A DNA stretch of 64,000 nt, from contig NZ_JBDTKA010000111.1 in NCBI RefSeq assembly GCF_039935575.1, positions 903-64,902 of the forward strand, written 5' to 3'. This document shows, piece by piece, positions 50,201-57,851 of the stretch. Every line of letters starts with the position of its first letter. Within the stretch, counting starts at the first letter, position 1. Under the pieces are notes generated by a model, which saw nothing but the letters and a program-made list of their open reading frames with translations, searched no databases and was not told the DNA's origin. A program made the translations under genes and the position numbers. The stretch is from Lapillicoccus sp. GTDB lineage: Bacteria > Actinomycetota > Actinomycetes > Actinomycetales > Dermatophilaceae.

Positions 50201-50585
50201 GGACGCCCTGGTGGCCGACTACCTGTCGTCGACGACCGTCGCGGAGAACGCCCGCTTGTCCAGACGCGACGGTCCTGGACCGCTGGTCGTCCTCAACGCC
50301 TGTCAGGTGGGCCGTTCGGGGGAGGAGCTGACCTCCCTCGGCGGGTTCGCACGTGCCTTCCTGGAGGCGGGGGCCTCCGCGTTCGTCTCCTGCCTGTGGT
50401 CGGTCAACCAGGTGCCGGCACAGGCCTTCGCCGAGACCTTCTACCGTCAGCTCCTCGACGGACGGACGGTCGCCGAGGCGGCCCTCGCCGCACGCAGCGC
50501 TGCCCGGAACGGCGACCGCGGCGACGCGACCTGGCTGGCCTACGTCGTCTACGCGCGCCCCGACGCTGTTCTCGTCCGGGACTGA
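47277..50585 (+). CDS. 1102-aa multidomain protein: unassigned N-terminus, alpha/beta-hydrolase (lipase/PGAP1-like), Pro-rich linker, beta-rich middle region, C-terminal CHAT (caspase-fold) protease
   Basis: In-frame GTG 47277 of ORF 46128-50585, with aggagg ending 6 nt upstream; the upstream part of the ORF is antisense to the RIO kinase. LLLVHGTFDS and LCHSRGG (Ser295). CHAT dyad LLHFSGHGEAD (His954) and VVLNACQVG (Cys1009). Confidence 0.8.
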   Translation: MATTSFARGRLRVTHPVTYRATSVRTRSRGIDGTTPQDVDTVVVNTLRDNGFNQVQRVAITSGTGRGLGDRGLRARPRPAAVTIALDVADDEDAVVLLETGGCYSWVLPTHEPRPRSRGTDRALSGRVARFDISIAPTSGAAERTRVRDLGWPTSSAGARATVLSFAAGALGDAAIRLLESRVEPGFVHVTSADPSGWTRVDDLAAVGLDAARPNRVLLLVHGTFDSTLGAFSGLAATAEGRAFLEAAVEAYDAVVGFDHRTLSVDPLANATDLGQRLVALVATAPVTLDVLCHSRGGLTARSFAESVLPGLAWRGRVDRAVFVAATNAGTHFADADRWKDLADLYTNLVSAHARALAAVPGGGVLADAAVSAIRGIGALVSWLASYATASGSVPGLAAMNPDGAFVETINQDQPGQPRPGTPWFVVSSDFHATTATRPEEIPAEVFSRLVEGVVDKVFDGPNDLVVDDASMSAIDLPHGGGYVRDTLALGTNAVVYHTNYFSQPVVAKALQSWLVDRLDSLDSLDSLDTASAGPPPNRVEPPLVPPEQPHQRGPVAVEERLPDGWQPSFPTNAEPPDESATPTVRARLRAEMPLHPTVGLSVSVRVRLSRGPLDAATGTASRQTVLTIRPEIPVSIQLVPSTNAVLEDEDLRLVLLQPGIASSDVTFAVHAVAVGPVRVRVLARQGAELLGTLELATEAVSAAVAAAASDAPGGRQAVTRGQVEIASSTSPVLADTPWLEISQIQRGGQTHFQYELRMPGADLSSTDHRLTYESADIGDPEAFVSNRIKEVMALWFDYSTAPRTYLAKLQDLGAALFEQLFPQEMQRFLWTNRGRLEGLFLLTDEPFIPWELVHLKPATGPRQKAPRFLGQLGLVRWQFTPFPATATLRARPGEVFAVCPDYADDRNDLDQAGLERAFLTATLGATEVTATEAKVRALLRRRGSFDLLHFSGHGEADATNIADARILLAGRRVGDALVADYLSSTTVAENARLSRRDGPGPLVVLNACQVGRSGEELTSLGGFARAFLEAGASAFVSCLWSVNQVPAQAFAETFYRQLLDGRTVAEAALAARSAARNGDRGDATWLAYVVYARPDAVLVRD
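48831..48863 (+). repeat. in-frame 9-bp tandem repeat (ctcgacagc x3 plus partial) encoding LDSLDSLDSLD
   Basis: Direct reading of 48831-48863, inside the linker after the hydrolase domain. Confidence 0.85.
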
Positions 50586-50672
50586 CCTCGGCAAAACCAC
50601 TGCACCACACAGCTGTTCAAAAACTCAGTCATTCGGCTGCTCAGAAGCACGACTACACCGGAAGGACCCATC

Positions 50673-51524
50673 ATGACTGCTCGCGCCCTCTGTGTCGGGA
50701 TCAACGAGTTCGCCCACCTGCCCACCTCGAGCTGGCTGAACGGGTGCGTCAACGACGCGAACGACATGTCCGCGCTGCTGCTCACCCAGCCGGGCTTCAC
50801 CCGCCGCAACGTCACCGTGCTGGCGGATGCCGCGGCCACCAAGGCCAACGTCATGACGGCGCTGACCGACATGGTCGGCAAGGCCAAGGCCGGCGCCCTG
50901 GACCACGTCGTCTTCTCCTTCTCCAGCCACGGAACGCAGGTGCCCGACACCAACGGCGACGAGAAGGTCGACCACGTCGACGAGGCGTTCGCCTGCCACG
51001 ACATCGCCCAGAAGGGTGACGACTGGGACCGCGACACCGTGATCGTCGACGACGAGCTGAACGTCCTCCTCCAGGACATTCCCAAAGGCGTGCTCGTCGA
51101 GGTGGTCCTCGACACCTGCCACAGCGGGACGGGCCTGCGCGACATCGACCTGCTGTCGGGGCGGCGCCCTCGGTTCCTTCCTCCGCCCACCCGCAAAGGC
51201 ATCCTGCGTCTGGCCCCGAAGTCGGACCCCAAGGGCCTGCAGGAGCTGGTCAGGTCGACGCCCGCGGCCACGAGGGCGGTCCTGTATGCCGCCTGTCGCG
51301 CGGACCAGACCTCGGCCGACGCCTACTTCGACGGACGTTACAACGGCGCGTTCACGTACTACTTTCTCGAGGCGGTCAAGGGCGGCGGCTATCCGTCCCG
51401 GTCTGCTCTGATGACCGCCGTCAGCCAGGCGCTGCGCACCGGTGACTTCGAACAGCGCGCCCAGCTCGAGGCGTCTCAGAGGGCCAAGCGGTCCGCTTTC
51501 GGTGCACTGCCGGACGGGTCGTGA
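50673..51524 (+). CDS. caspase-like cysteine peptidase (Peptidase C14 / metacaspase-like), stand-alone
   Basis: ALCVGINEF...GCVNDANDM, FSFSSHGTQ (His86) and VVLDTCHSGTG (Cys149). ggaagga lies before the ATG. Confidence 0.85.
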   Translation: MTARALCVGINEFAHLPTSSWLNGCVNDANDMSALLLTQPGFTRRNVTVLADAAATKANVMTALTDMVGKAKAGALDHVVFSFSSHGTQVPDTNGDEKVDHVDEAFACHDIAQKGDDWDRDTVIVDDELNVLLQDIPKGVLVEVVLDTCHSGTGLRDIDLLSGRRPRFLPPPTRKGILRLAPKSDPKGLQELVRSTPAATRAVLYAACRADQTSADAYFDGRYNGAFTYYFLEAVKGGGYPSRSALMTAVSQALRTGDFEQRAQLEASQRAKRSAFGALPDGS

Positions 51525-51528
51525 CCCG

Positions 51529-52380
51529 ATGCCGCTCCTGAAGCACGCGTTCTGCCCGGGGTACCCGCCACCGTTCGACTCCCTCGTTGCGGACTACCCG
51601 GGTGAAGACGTATACCCGCAGAAGGACTTCCGCACCGAGTGGGGCCCGATCTTCCACCGGGGCCGTCTCGACGGCTCCGCCGTGGTGCTGGTCCTCGGGC
51701 AGGACCCCGCGACGCACGAGAGCGTCAGTCGCCGCATCCTCGTGGGTGAGGCGGGACAACGCGTGCAGGGGCTGCTCGCGAAGCTGGGGGTCGCCCACTC
51801 CTACACGATGGTGAATACGTTCCTCTACAGCGTCTACGGTCAGGGTGGCGGCAGCCGGCACGAGCACGACGAGCACATCGCGGACTACCGGAACCGTTGG
51901 CTCGACGCGCTTCTGGACGGCACCCGCGTGACGACCGTGATCACCCTGGGCATGCTCGCGGCGTCGGCTTACCAGTCCTGGCTGGGCTCCCGCCCGCAGC
52001 TGGCTGCGGGACTACAGCACACCGCCCTGCGACACCCCACCTATCCCGAGAGCGCTTCGGCCAGTGGCCAGAAGACGCTCGCCGCGGCCACCGAGATCCT
52101 GCTCTCCGACTGGAACGCCCACCTGCCCGAGCTGAGGTCACACGTCCAGCCAGACTTCCCTCCAACTGCGACGGTCTATGGAAACAGCTGGCAGGAGGGC
52201 GATCTCGCCCGGATCCCCCAGGCAGACCTGCCGCCCGGTTCGCCGGACTGGTGGTTCGAGCTGGCGGCGTGGGCCTCACGGACGGGCAAGGACACCCAGC
52301 TGAAACGCGCGACCATCCAGGTGGTCGTCCCCACCCGGGCGCGCACCTGGCCCGTCCTCACCCCGACCGGCGGGAGCTGA
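51529..52380 (+). CDS. uracil-DNA-glycosylase-superfamily (UDG-fold) protein of unclear family
   Basis: Internal ATG of ORF 51442-52380, 4 nt after the caspase stop. VLVLGQDPATHES (motif A position; Asp59) and ALRHPTYP (motif B position; His169). No Fe-S cysteine cluster. Confidence 0.6.
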   Translation: MPLLKHAFCPGYPPPFDSLVADYPGEDVYPQKDFRTEWGPIFHRGRLDGSAVVLVLGQDPATHESVSRRILVGEAGQRVQGLLAKLGVAHSYTMVNTFLYSVYGQGGGSRHEHDEHIADYRNRWLDALLDGTRVTTVITLGMLAASAYQSWLGSRPQLAAGLQHTALRHPTYPESASASGQKTLAAATEILLSDWNAHLPELRSHVQPDFPPTATVYGNSWQEGDLARIPQADLPPGSPDWWFELAAWASRTGKDTQLKRATIQVVVPTRARTWPVLTPTGGS

Positions 52381-52384
52381 CGCG

Positions 52385-53755
52385 ATGGCTTCCACCGGAA
52401 CGTTCGAACGCGCATACAAGCGCGGCGTGACGCGGCGGCAGGAACCTGCGCCGCGCCGCCCCCGGGCCTTGCCCCCTGCTCCGTTCTGCCTGCACGGCGC
52501 GGTGATCACGCCCGATGAGGCGTGGCCGAGCGGTTACGTCACCGTCGAGAACGGGGTCATTGCGACCGTCGGGAAACGCAAGCCGACCGGTGTCACGGTC
52601 ACCGAGACCGACGGCGTGATCCTGCCCGGGCTGCTCGACCTGCACGGACACCCGGAGTTCAACGTCTTCGCGGCCTGGGAGCCACCGAGGCTTTATGCCA
52701 ACCGGTACCGCTGGCGCGCAAGCACCCCGTATCGCGTCCTGGTCCGGGACCCGCAGAACACCATTCTCAGTACCCTGCCCCCGCAGACCCAGAGCCGGTA
52801 TGCCGAGATCCGCGCCTTGACCGCCGGCGTGACGGCGATCCAAGGGGCCTCAGGAGCCAGCACCGCTACGGCAGAACCGTTGGTACGCAACGTGGATCTC
52901 TTCGTGTTCGGTGACCACCGTGCCCGGGCCATGATCGACCTGCCCACGGGTTCGAGCCGCGACATGCCTCGGCTCAAGAAGATCGTGGCCGACATCGGCA
53001 CCGGTGATGTCGACGCCTTCTACCTGCACCTGTGCGAAGGCGTCCCGGGCGACGAACGCAGCGCCACGGAGTTCGCGAGCTTCCTGCACGCGGGCGCAGC
53101 CACCCCAGCGACCAACGTCATCCACGGTTCGGCGTTGTCCGAGACCGACCTGCACACGCTCGCCGACGCGGGGTGCCGGCTGGTCTGGTCGCCGCAGTCC
53201 AACCTGCGGCTCTACGGCGCGACGACATCCGCGGGCGTTGCGCGGCAGGCCGGTATGCAGGTGGCGCTCGGAGCCGACTGGTTGCCGTCGGGGTCGACCA
53301 GCCTGCTCGCCGAGATGAAGGTGGCGCGACGCCAGCTCGCCCTCCAGGGCCACCCGGTCACCGCGGCCGAGCTCGTAGCGATGGTCACCTCGGTGGCGGC
53401 GTCGGTCGCGGGCCTGTCAGCACATCTGGGAGCGGTTGCAGTGGGCCGGCCGGCGGACTTGTTGGTGCTCGAGCGCCATCACGCCGACCCCTACGAGAAC
53501 GTCTGCCTGGCGGACCCGTCGTGGGTGGAGCTCGTCTGCATCGGCGGCGACATCACCTACGCGCGGCAGGACTGGTTCGAGCGGCTGTCCGGCAACGCGC
53601 AGAGCGACACGATCGAGTCGCTGCTCGCATGGGGAAAGCCGATGCGGCTCGACAACGGCTATGGGTCGGGCCACCAGTCGCCGACCCCGTCGCTGTCGCA
53701 GATCCGGACCTTGCTCACGACCACCTACCCGCAGGTAGGTCCGATCTACGCCTGA
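52385..53755 (+). CDS. amidohydrolase-superfamily enzyme with deaminase-type motif set
   Basis: 4 nt after the upstream stop. LDLHGHPE (His87/His89), YLHLCEG (His215/Glu218), VIHGS (His247) and LGADW (Asp298). Confidence 0.8.
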   Translation: MASTGTFERAYKRGVTRRQEPAPRRPRALPPAPFCLHGAVITPDEAWPSGYVTVENGVIATVGKRKPTGVTVTETDGVILPGLLDLHGHPEFNVFAAWEPPRLYANRYRWRASTPYRVLVRDPQNTILSTLPPQTQSRYAEIRALTAGVTAIQGASGASTATAEPLVRNVDLFVFGDHRARAMIDLPTGSSRDMPRLKKIVADIGTGDVDAFYLHLCEGVPGDERSATEFASFLHAGAATPATNVIHGSALSETDLHTLADAGCRLVWSPQSNLRLYGATTSAGVARQAGMQVALGADWLPSGSTSLLAEMKVARRQLALQGHPVTAAELVAMVTSVAASVAGLSAHLGAVAVGRPADLLVLERHHADPYENVCLADPSWVELVCIGGDITYARQDWFERLSGNAQSDTIESLLAWGKPMRLDNGYGSGHQSPTPSLSQIRTLLTTTYPQVGPIYA

Positions 53756-53851
53756 CCTCTCTCACCACAGCACGCCTGATCGGGACGGAACCGTGACCTG
53801 GGGGCCGGGTCCGCGTCGCCGCCGCTGCGGGTGAGTCTGAGACAATCAGGC

Positions 53852-54427
53852 ATGAGCACGCAACCGAACGGTCTCCGCACGGTCCGATCCCGCCTCGCGC
53901 TCGAGTACCCGATGTCGCTGGGTATCTTCGAGAAGTACGAGGAGGCCCAGAAGACGGTGGACACCCTCTCCGACGCGGAGTTCCCCGTGCAGAACTGCCT
54001 CATCGTCGGCACCGAGCTCAAACAGCTCGAGCGGGTCACCGGACGGCTCACCTGGGGGCGCGTGCTGCTCGGTGGCGCGCTCTCCGGCATCTGGCTCGGT
54101 CTGTTCATCGGCCTGATCTTCGCGCTGTTCACCTCGCAGGGCAGCCCGGTCGGGATCGTCGTCGCGACGGTGCTCTTCGGCGCCCTCTTCGGTGTCATCT
54201 GGGGCGCCATCACCTACTCCCTCACCGGCGGTCGGCGCGACTTCAGCTCGGTGAGCCTCACCGTACCGAGCAAGTACGAGGTGCTCGTGGAGCACAAGCA
54301 CGCCCAGCGGGCCCGCGAGATCCTCGGCGCCGGCGGCCTCGGCGGGGCGTCTGCCTATGCCGCGCAGCAGGTCACGACGCCGGCCGCGGCTCCCGAGCAG
54401 GTGCCCCCGCCCGCCGGCTCGATCTGA
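53852..54427 (+). CDS. membrane protein with general-stress-protein-17M-like N-terminal domain
   Basis: LGIFEKYEEAQKTVDTLSDAEFPVQNCLIVGTELKQLERVTG, then two TM helices. ATG 53852 is chosen within ORF 53831-54427. Confidence 0.6.
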   Translation: MSTQPNGLRTVRSRLALEYPMSLGIFEKYEEAQKTVDTLSDAEFPVQNCLIVGTELKQLERVTGRLTWGRVLLGGALSGIWLGLFIGLIFALFTSQGSPVGIVVATVLFGALFGVIWGAITYSLTGGRRDFSSVSLTVPSKYEVLVEHKHAQRAREILGAGGLGGASAYAAQQVTTPAAAPEQVPPPAGSI

Positions 54428-54437
54428 GCGAAAGGGC

Positions 54438-55973
54438 TCAGCGGCCCCAGATCCGGGCGATCCAGGCCTCGACGTCGTCAGCCGTGCGAGGCATACCGGC
54501 TGAGAGGTTCTCGAACCCGTCGGCGGTGATGAGGACGTCGTCCTCGATCCGCACGCCCGTCCCGCGGAACGCCTCGGGGACCAGCTGGTCGTCGGCCTTG
54601 AAGTAGAGACCGGGCTCGACGGTCAGGATCATCCCCGCCTCGAGCACGCCGTCCTTGTACTCCTCACGCGTCGCCTGGGCGCAGTCGTGCACGTCCAGGC
54701 CCAGGTGATGGCTTGTGCCGTGCACCATCCAACGGCGGAACTGCTGGCCGTGCTCGGTGTCGAGGGCTGCCTCGACGTCGACGCCTTCGGGGAGAAACCC
54801 CCACTCGTGCAGGTGCTCGGCGATCACCCGGATCGCGGTGTCGTGGATCTCGCTGTACTTCACGCCCGGCCGCATCACCTGCATCGCCGCCTGCTGGGCC
54901 GCGTAGACGGCGTCGTAGATGGTGCGCTGCGTCTCGGTGAAGGTCCCGTCGATCGGAAGCGTGCGGGTGATGTCGGCGGTGAAGAGGGAGTCCACCTCCA
55001 CGCCGGCGTCGAGCAGCAGCAGGTCACCCTCCAGCACGTCACCGGTGTTCTTGACCCAGTGCAGCGTGGTCGCGTGGTCACCGCTGGCGCAGATGGATTC
55101 GTATCCGATGCCGTTGCCACTGTGCCGGGCGTGCAGGCCGAAGACACCTTCGACCCAGCGCTCACCACGACCGCGGGCCAGGGCCTCGCGCAGCTCGGCG
55201 ATGACCGCCTCGAAGCCTTCCTGGGTAGCGGCCACGGCCTGACGCATCTGCTCGATCTCGTACTCGTCCTTGACGAGCCGCAGGCTGGACAGGGCCGAGG
55301 CGAGCGCATCGTCCGCCTCGACGCGGGTCTGCTCTGCCGCCTCGACGGACTCCTCCGACTCCTCCGTCGCGGTGCTGCGGACCTCGTCGAGGGTCGCGGT
55401 GAGGTCCCGGTCGGCGTCCCGGACGACGCGAACAACGAGGTGTCCGGCGTCCTTGGCGACCGCGTCGGAGAAGTCGTCGATGTGGCGTGCGGTGATGCCG
55501 AACTCGGCCTCGATGTCCTCGAGCGTCGGCCTCGGACCGACCCAGAACTCCCCGTAACGCGAGTCGCTGAAGAACTCGTCCGTGTCGCGACCGCCCCAGG
55601 GCCGGAAGTAGAGGACGGCGTCGTGACCGCCCTCCTCGCGGGGTTCGAGGACGAGGACGGCGTCGGGTTCCTGGTCACCGCCGAACCCGGTCAGGTGAGC
55701 GAACGCGCTGTGCGGTCGGAACACGTAGTCGCAGTCGTTGCTGCGCACCTTCAGGCCCCCGGCGGGGATGACGAGGCGGTCACCGGGGAACCTGGCGCTG
55801 ATCGCCTCCCGACGGGTGGCCGCATACGAGGCGACCTCGGCCCGCTCCGGAAGCGTGGTCGAGCGCGGCGACCAGCCTGACGAGACGAAGGACCGCAGCT
55901 CGTCGGTGGTCGGACGGGCTCCGTTGAGGCTCTTCTTCTGTTCTTCGCTCACGGTCTCCATGGTGCCACTCAA
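54438..55973 (-). CDS. pepP: Xaa-Pro aminopeptidase (M24B, aminopeptidase P family)
   Basis: LLLDAGVEVDSLFTADITRT, HGTSHHLGLDVHD and GMILTVEPGLY...GVRIEDD metal-ligand blocks. Confidence 0.9.
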   Translation of the reverse strand: MSGTMETVSEEQKKSLNGARPTTDELRSFVSSGWSPRSTTLPERAEVASYAATRREAISARFPGDRLVIPAGGLKVRSNDCDYVFRPHSAFAHLTGFGGDQEPDAVLVLEPREEGGHDAVLYFRPWGGRDTDEFFSDSRYGEFWVGPRPTLEDIEAEFGITARHIDDFSDAVAKDAGHLVVRVVRDADRDLTATLDEVRSTATEESEESVEAAEQTRVEADDALASALSSLRLVKDEYEIEQMRQAVAATQEGFEAVIAELREALARGRGERWVEGVFGLHARHSGNGIGYESICASGDHATTLHWVKNTGDVLEGDLLLLDAGVEVDSLFTADITRTLPIDGTFTETQRTIYDAVYAAQQAAMQVMRPGVKYSEIHDTAIRVIAEHLHEWGFLPEGVDVEAALDTEHGQQFRRWMVHGTSHHLGLDVHDCAQATREEYKDGVLEAGMILTVEPGLYFKADDQLVPEAFRGTGVRIEDDVLITADGFENLSAGMPRTADDVEAWIARIWGR

Positions 55974-57754
55974 CCACCGCCGGCGGTGATGACGACGGCT
56001 TGGCGCACGGTCCGACCGCCCGCCTCAGGGCCGGCCAGCACCGTCGTCCGACCGGAGCCGAGGTCCTCGGTCACCAGCCGGTCGCCGTCATCGGCGCAGC
56101 GCGTCCCGCCGTAGGAGGCGACCCCGTCGACGACGGTGTTGAGCACGAGGCCTGCGGCAACCGGTGGCAGCGTAGCCGAGCGAACCGTCCCGTCCGGGCC
56201 GATGTCCGTCAGGCTCGTCGAGCACGCGTCGCCACCGCGCAGGACCGTGGTACCGATCGGTGAGGGCCACGCGTCGGAGAAACCGGCGCCGCCCACGGGT
56301 CGGGCGGCGGACCCGTCCAGGGGGCTGACGAACAGACGCCCGCCCGCCGACCTGCAGGCCAGCAGGACCTCGCCCCGGGACCACGAGGAGCGCGGCGTGC
56401 ACCCTGATGCGCCGGCGGGCGGAGGCAGGGTGGCCACCGCGTCGGTATGCAGGTCGACGAGCTTGATCTGGTCGTCGATCGTGGACACGACGGCCGTGTC
56501 CGTGGCGCGGTCGACGGCCAGTCCGGGCGTGCCGGGGCTGCCGGCCACGGGAGGCAAGGTGAACGGGTAGGTGGCCAGGAGCCGGCCATCCCTGCTCCGG
56601 TGGTCCAGCTGGACCGCCGCGTTCGAGTCCGTCCAGAGCATGAGGTAGCCGCTGTCCGGTGTGCCCGCATACCTCATCGTCTTCCAGCCGTAGGAGACGC
56701 CCAGAGGTCGCGAGGTGCCGGCGACCAGGTCCCACTCCTGCGGTTGGGCGCCCACCGAGAGCAGGACCCGGTGCCCGTCGCGGCTGACGTCCTGGATCAC
56801 GATCCCGTCGGCGGCGGTGCTGATCGGGTACCGGGTCCCGTTCGGGGCGGCGAGCAGCACCGTGGTCGTGATCCCGATGGCCGTGGCGGCGGTGGTCAGG
56901 ACGGTCCACCCCGGACCGACCTGGTCCCAGGGGATCGCCGAGCGCGGCTTCTCGTCCCGGGCCAGCGCCGGCGAGGACAACGGTTCAATGGGGGCCGTCG
57001 TCTCGATCGGGGGAGGTGGCGTGGCCGCAGGGGTACGCCGGCCGATGGCCGTAGTCACGGCTGCGACCAGGGCCACGACGACCAGTGTCGCGACCAGGGT
57101 GAGCCCCCGGCGTCGATGGGTCACCGTGATCCTGGCGTCCTCGGCCAGCACGTCGGCGAACGTGCTCCGCAGGTCGGTCGCGGCGACGGACTCGGCCCAG
57201 CGGTGGAGCGCCTCGTCGACTCGTTCGAGGGTCCGATCAAGGGTGGGGTCGTGTGCAGCGCTGTCGGGTGCAGACGGCCCGGTGGTGTGGAGGGTCGCCA
57301 GGGCGCGGTGAGTCGCCGCGGTGACCGCGGACTCGCGAACCCCGAGGATGACCGCCGCCTGACGGTCGTTCCGGGCCGCCCACAGCGTCAGGACCAGGGC
57401 CTCCCGCTGCGCCCGCGGCAGGGCGATGACCCGGTCCATCGTCGTCGGTGCGGCAGTCGGTGACGGCTCGGGTCGGGATCGCCTGTCGAGGCTGTGGGAT
57501 CGAGCGAGTCGACGTGACCCCGCGACGACGACGGCCTGGAGGGAGGCCAGCGCCGCACCAGGGTCGTCTCGGCCACCACCGCGCTGCAGCTGCAGGAAGG
57601 CGTCCTGGACGACCTGTTCGGCGCCGGCCCGGCTCTGGTCGGGAGGCAGGAGAAGCACCGCCAGGCGGACGAGCGAAAGTCGGTGGGCGCCATAGAGAGA
57701 CGCGACGTCGGTGCCGGCGATAGAGCGGGCTCGCATCACATGACCTCCCGCCAC
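55970..57754 (-). CDS. ECF sigma-factor domain fused in one ORF to a TM helix and a beta-propeller-like extracytoplasmic domain
   Basis: The N-terminal ~175 aa are paralogous to the sigma at 59424-60017 (LYGAHRLSLVRLAVLLL..VVQDAFLQL; region 4 LPRAQREALVLTLW...). TM helix GLTLVATLVVVALVAAVTTAIG. The C-terminus is paralogous to 58045-59427. Alternative start ATG 57736. Confidence 0.7.
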   Translation of the reverse strand: MAGGHVMRARSIAGTDVASLYGAHRLSLVRLAVLLLPPDQSRAGAEQVVQDAFLQLQRGGGRDDPGAALASLQAVVVAGSRRLARSHSLDRRSRPEPSPTAAPTTMDRVIALPRAQREALVLTLWAARNDRQAAVILGVRESAVTAATHRALATLHTTGPSAPDSAAHDPTLDRTLERVDEALHRWAESVAATDLRSTFADVLAEDARITVTHRRRGLTLVATLVVVALVAAVTTAIGRRTPAATPPPPIETTAPIEPLSSPALARDEKPRSAIPWDQVGPGWTVLTTAATAIGITTTVLLAAPNGTRYPISTAADGIVIQDVSRDGHRVLLSVGAQPQEWDLVAGTSRPLGVSYGWKTMRYAGTPDSGYLMLWTDSNAAVQLDHRSRDGRLLATYPFTLPPVAGSPGTPGLAVDRATDTAVVSTIDDQIKLVDLHTDAVATLPPPAGASGCTPRSSWSRGEVLLACRSAGGRLFVSPLDGSAARPVGGAGFSDAWPSPIGTTVLRGGDACSTSLTDIGPDGTVRSATLPPVAAGLVLNTVVDGVASYGGTRCADDGDRLVTEDLGSGRTTVLAGPEAGGRTVRQAVVITAGGG

Positions 57755-57851
57755 CCCCGCCCCGTCGTCGACCGGGCTTCCCTCATCGTCGCATCCCGTT
57801 CCGGCGAGTGCCCGAGTTCGAGGAGAGCCGGCCGGTAAGGATCGGCAGGGA

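Noticed and set aside
47277-53755. Looked for a gasdermin-like pore-former, TIR, STAND/AAA NTPase, cyclase or cas genes that would assign the protease cluster to a known system.
   Set aside because: None is recognisable by eye in or next to the cluster. No GxxxxGK[ST] motif occurs in the giant protein, and the neighbours are a RIO kinase, a DinB remnant, an esterase and a stress membrane protein. The cluster is therefore reported as unclassified rather than as a known system.
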